A stretch of 64,000 bases of DNA from Blastocladiella emersonii ATCC 22665. Lineage: Eukaryota > Fungi > Blastocladiomycota. Where the stretch lies: contig JANHCV010000004.1 of assembly GCA_025594325.1 (NCBI GenBank), positions 186,001-250,000 of the forward strand, in the 5' to 3' direction. Below the pieces are notes generated by a model that saw nothing but the letters and a program-made list of their open reading frames with translations, did not search any database and was not told the DNA's origin. Shown piece by piece: positions 63,556 to 64,000 of this stretch (its first letter is position 1; each line of letters begins with the position of its first letter). Position numbers and translations under genes: made by a program.

Positions 63556-64000
63556 TTACTTGTTGAGGATGACACCGTCGTACTTCTTCTTGAACCACTC
63601 CATGGTCTCGGACTTGGAGATGCGGTGCTGGCAGCCGACCTTGGCGACGGCGCGCTTGCGGCGGGACACGCGGAAGCCGGCGCGGCCCATGACGCAGTAG
63701 AAGTCCATACCGTAGATACCGATCGACGGGTCGTACTTGATGTCGAGGTCGATGTGCTCGGTGATACCGAAACCGAAGTGGCCGGTCTGCGAGAAGTTGA
63801 CGGCGCGGAGCTCGTACTCTTTGACCTTGAGGCCGCGCTCGAGGATCTCCTCGGCCTTGGCGCCACGGACCGTGACGTGGACGGCGATCTTCTCGTTACG
63901 GCGGATACCGAACGAGCGCACGGTGTACTTGGCCTTGGAGTAGACGGGGGTCTGGCCGGTGAGCTGCTCGAGCACCTTGGCGGCACGGGTGAGCTTATCG
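63556..64000 (-). CDS. RPL11: 60S ribosomal protein L11 (uL5), 5' end beyond the window
   Basis: [44 protein letters not shown]...[19 protein letters not shown]. Confidence 0.98.
   Translation of the reverse strand, partial: DKLTRAAKVLEQLTGQTPVYSKAKYTVRSFGIRRNEKIAVHVTVRGAKAEEILERGLKVKEYELRAVNFSQTGHFGFGITEHIDLDIKYDPSIGIYGMDFYCVMGRAGFRVSRRKRAVAKVGCQHRISKSETMEWFKKKYDGVILNK

Overview
Eukaryotic, GC-rich, small-intron genomic DNA. RPS3 has the fungal-type [18 protein letters not shown] motif, and a class C GPCR and a SWEET transporter are both present; together these point to an early-diverging fungus (chytrid/blastoclad-like; inference). The first 35 kb is dominated by a giant near-perfect inverted duplication: arms 1515-11724 and 25010-35219 (10,210 bp each; base p pairs with 36734-p), with only two substitutions found, both near the inner ends. 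The arms copy most of a full-length ABCB/MDR transporter gene and an older, diverged internal inverted-repeat element. The 13.3-kb spacer is a nest of mobile DNA: a TTGCGCGA repeat array, two paralogous coiled-coil ORFs, an intron-containing CACTA/EnSpm (Tnp2-type) transposase inside a candidate 6.4-kb element, and a dead, CpG-depleted Ty1/copia remnant. The outer breakpoint of the right arm falls exactly after a canonical-looking 3' splice site, so the truncated ABC copy could be spliced in frame to a new 5' exon. From 36 kb on the window is ordinary gene-dense DNA: a hypothetical protein, PDA1 (with a possible in-frame upstream exon), SWEET, a large low-complexity/beta-trefoil-like protein, RPS3, NAR1, a low-complexity protein, a class C GPCR with a spliced-on PH-like domain, AFG2, a YEATS2/Ahc1-like gene and RPL11 (cut by the window edge). 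No rRNA, tRNA or CRISPR was recognised. All exon boundaries were read by eye.
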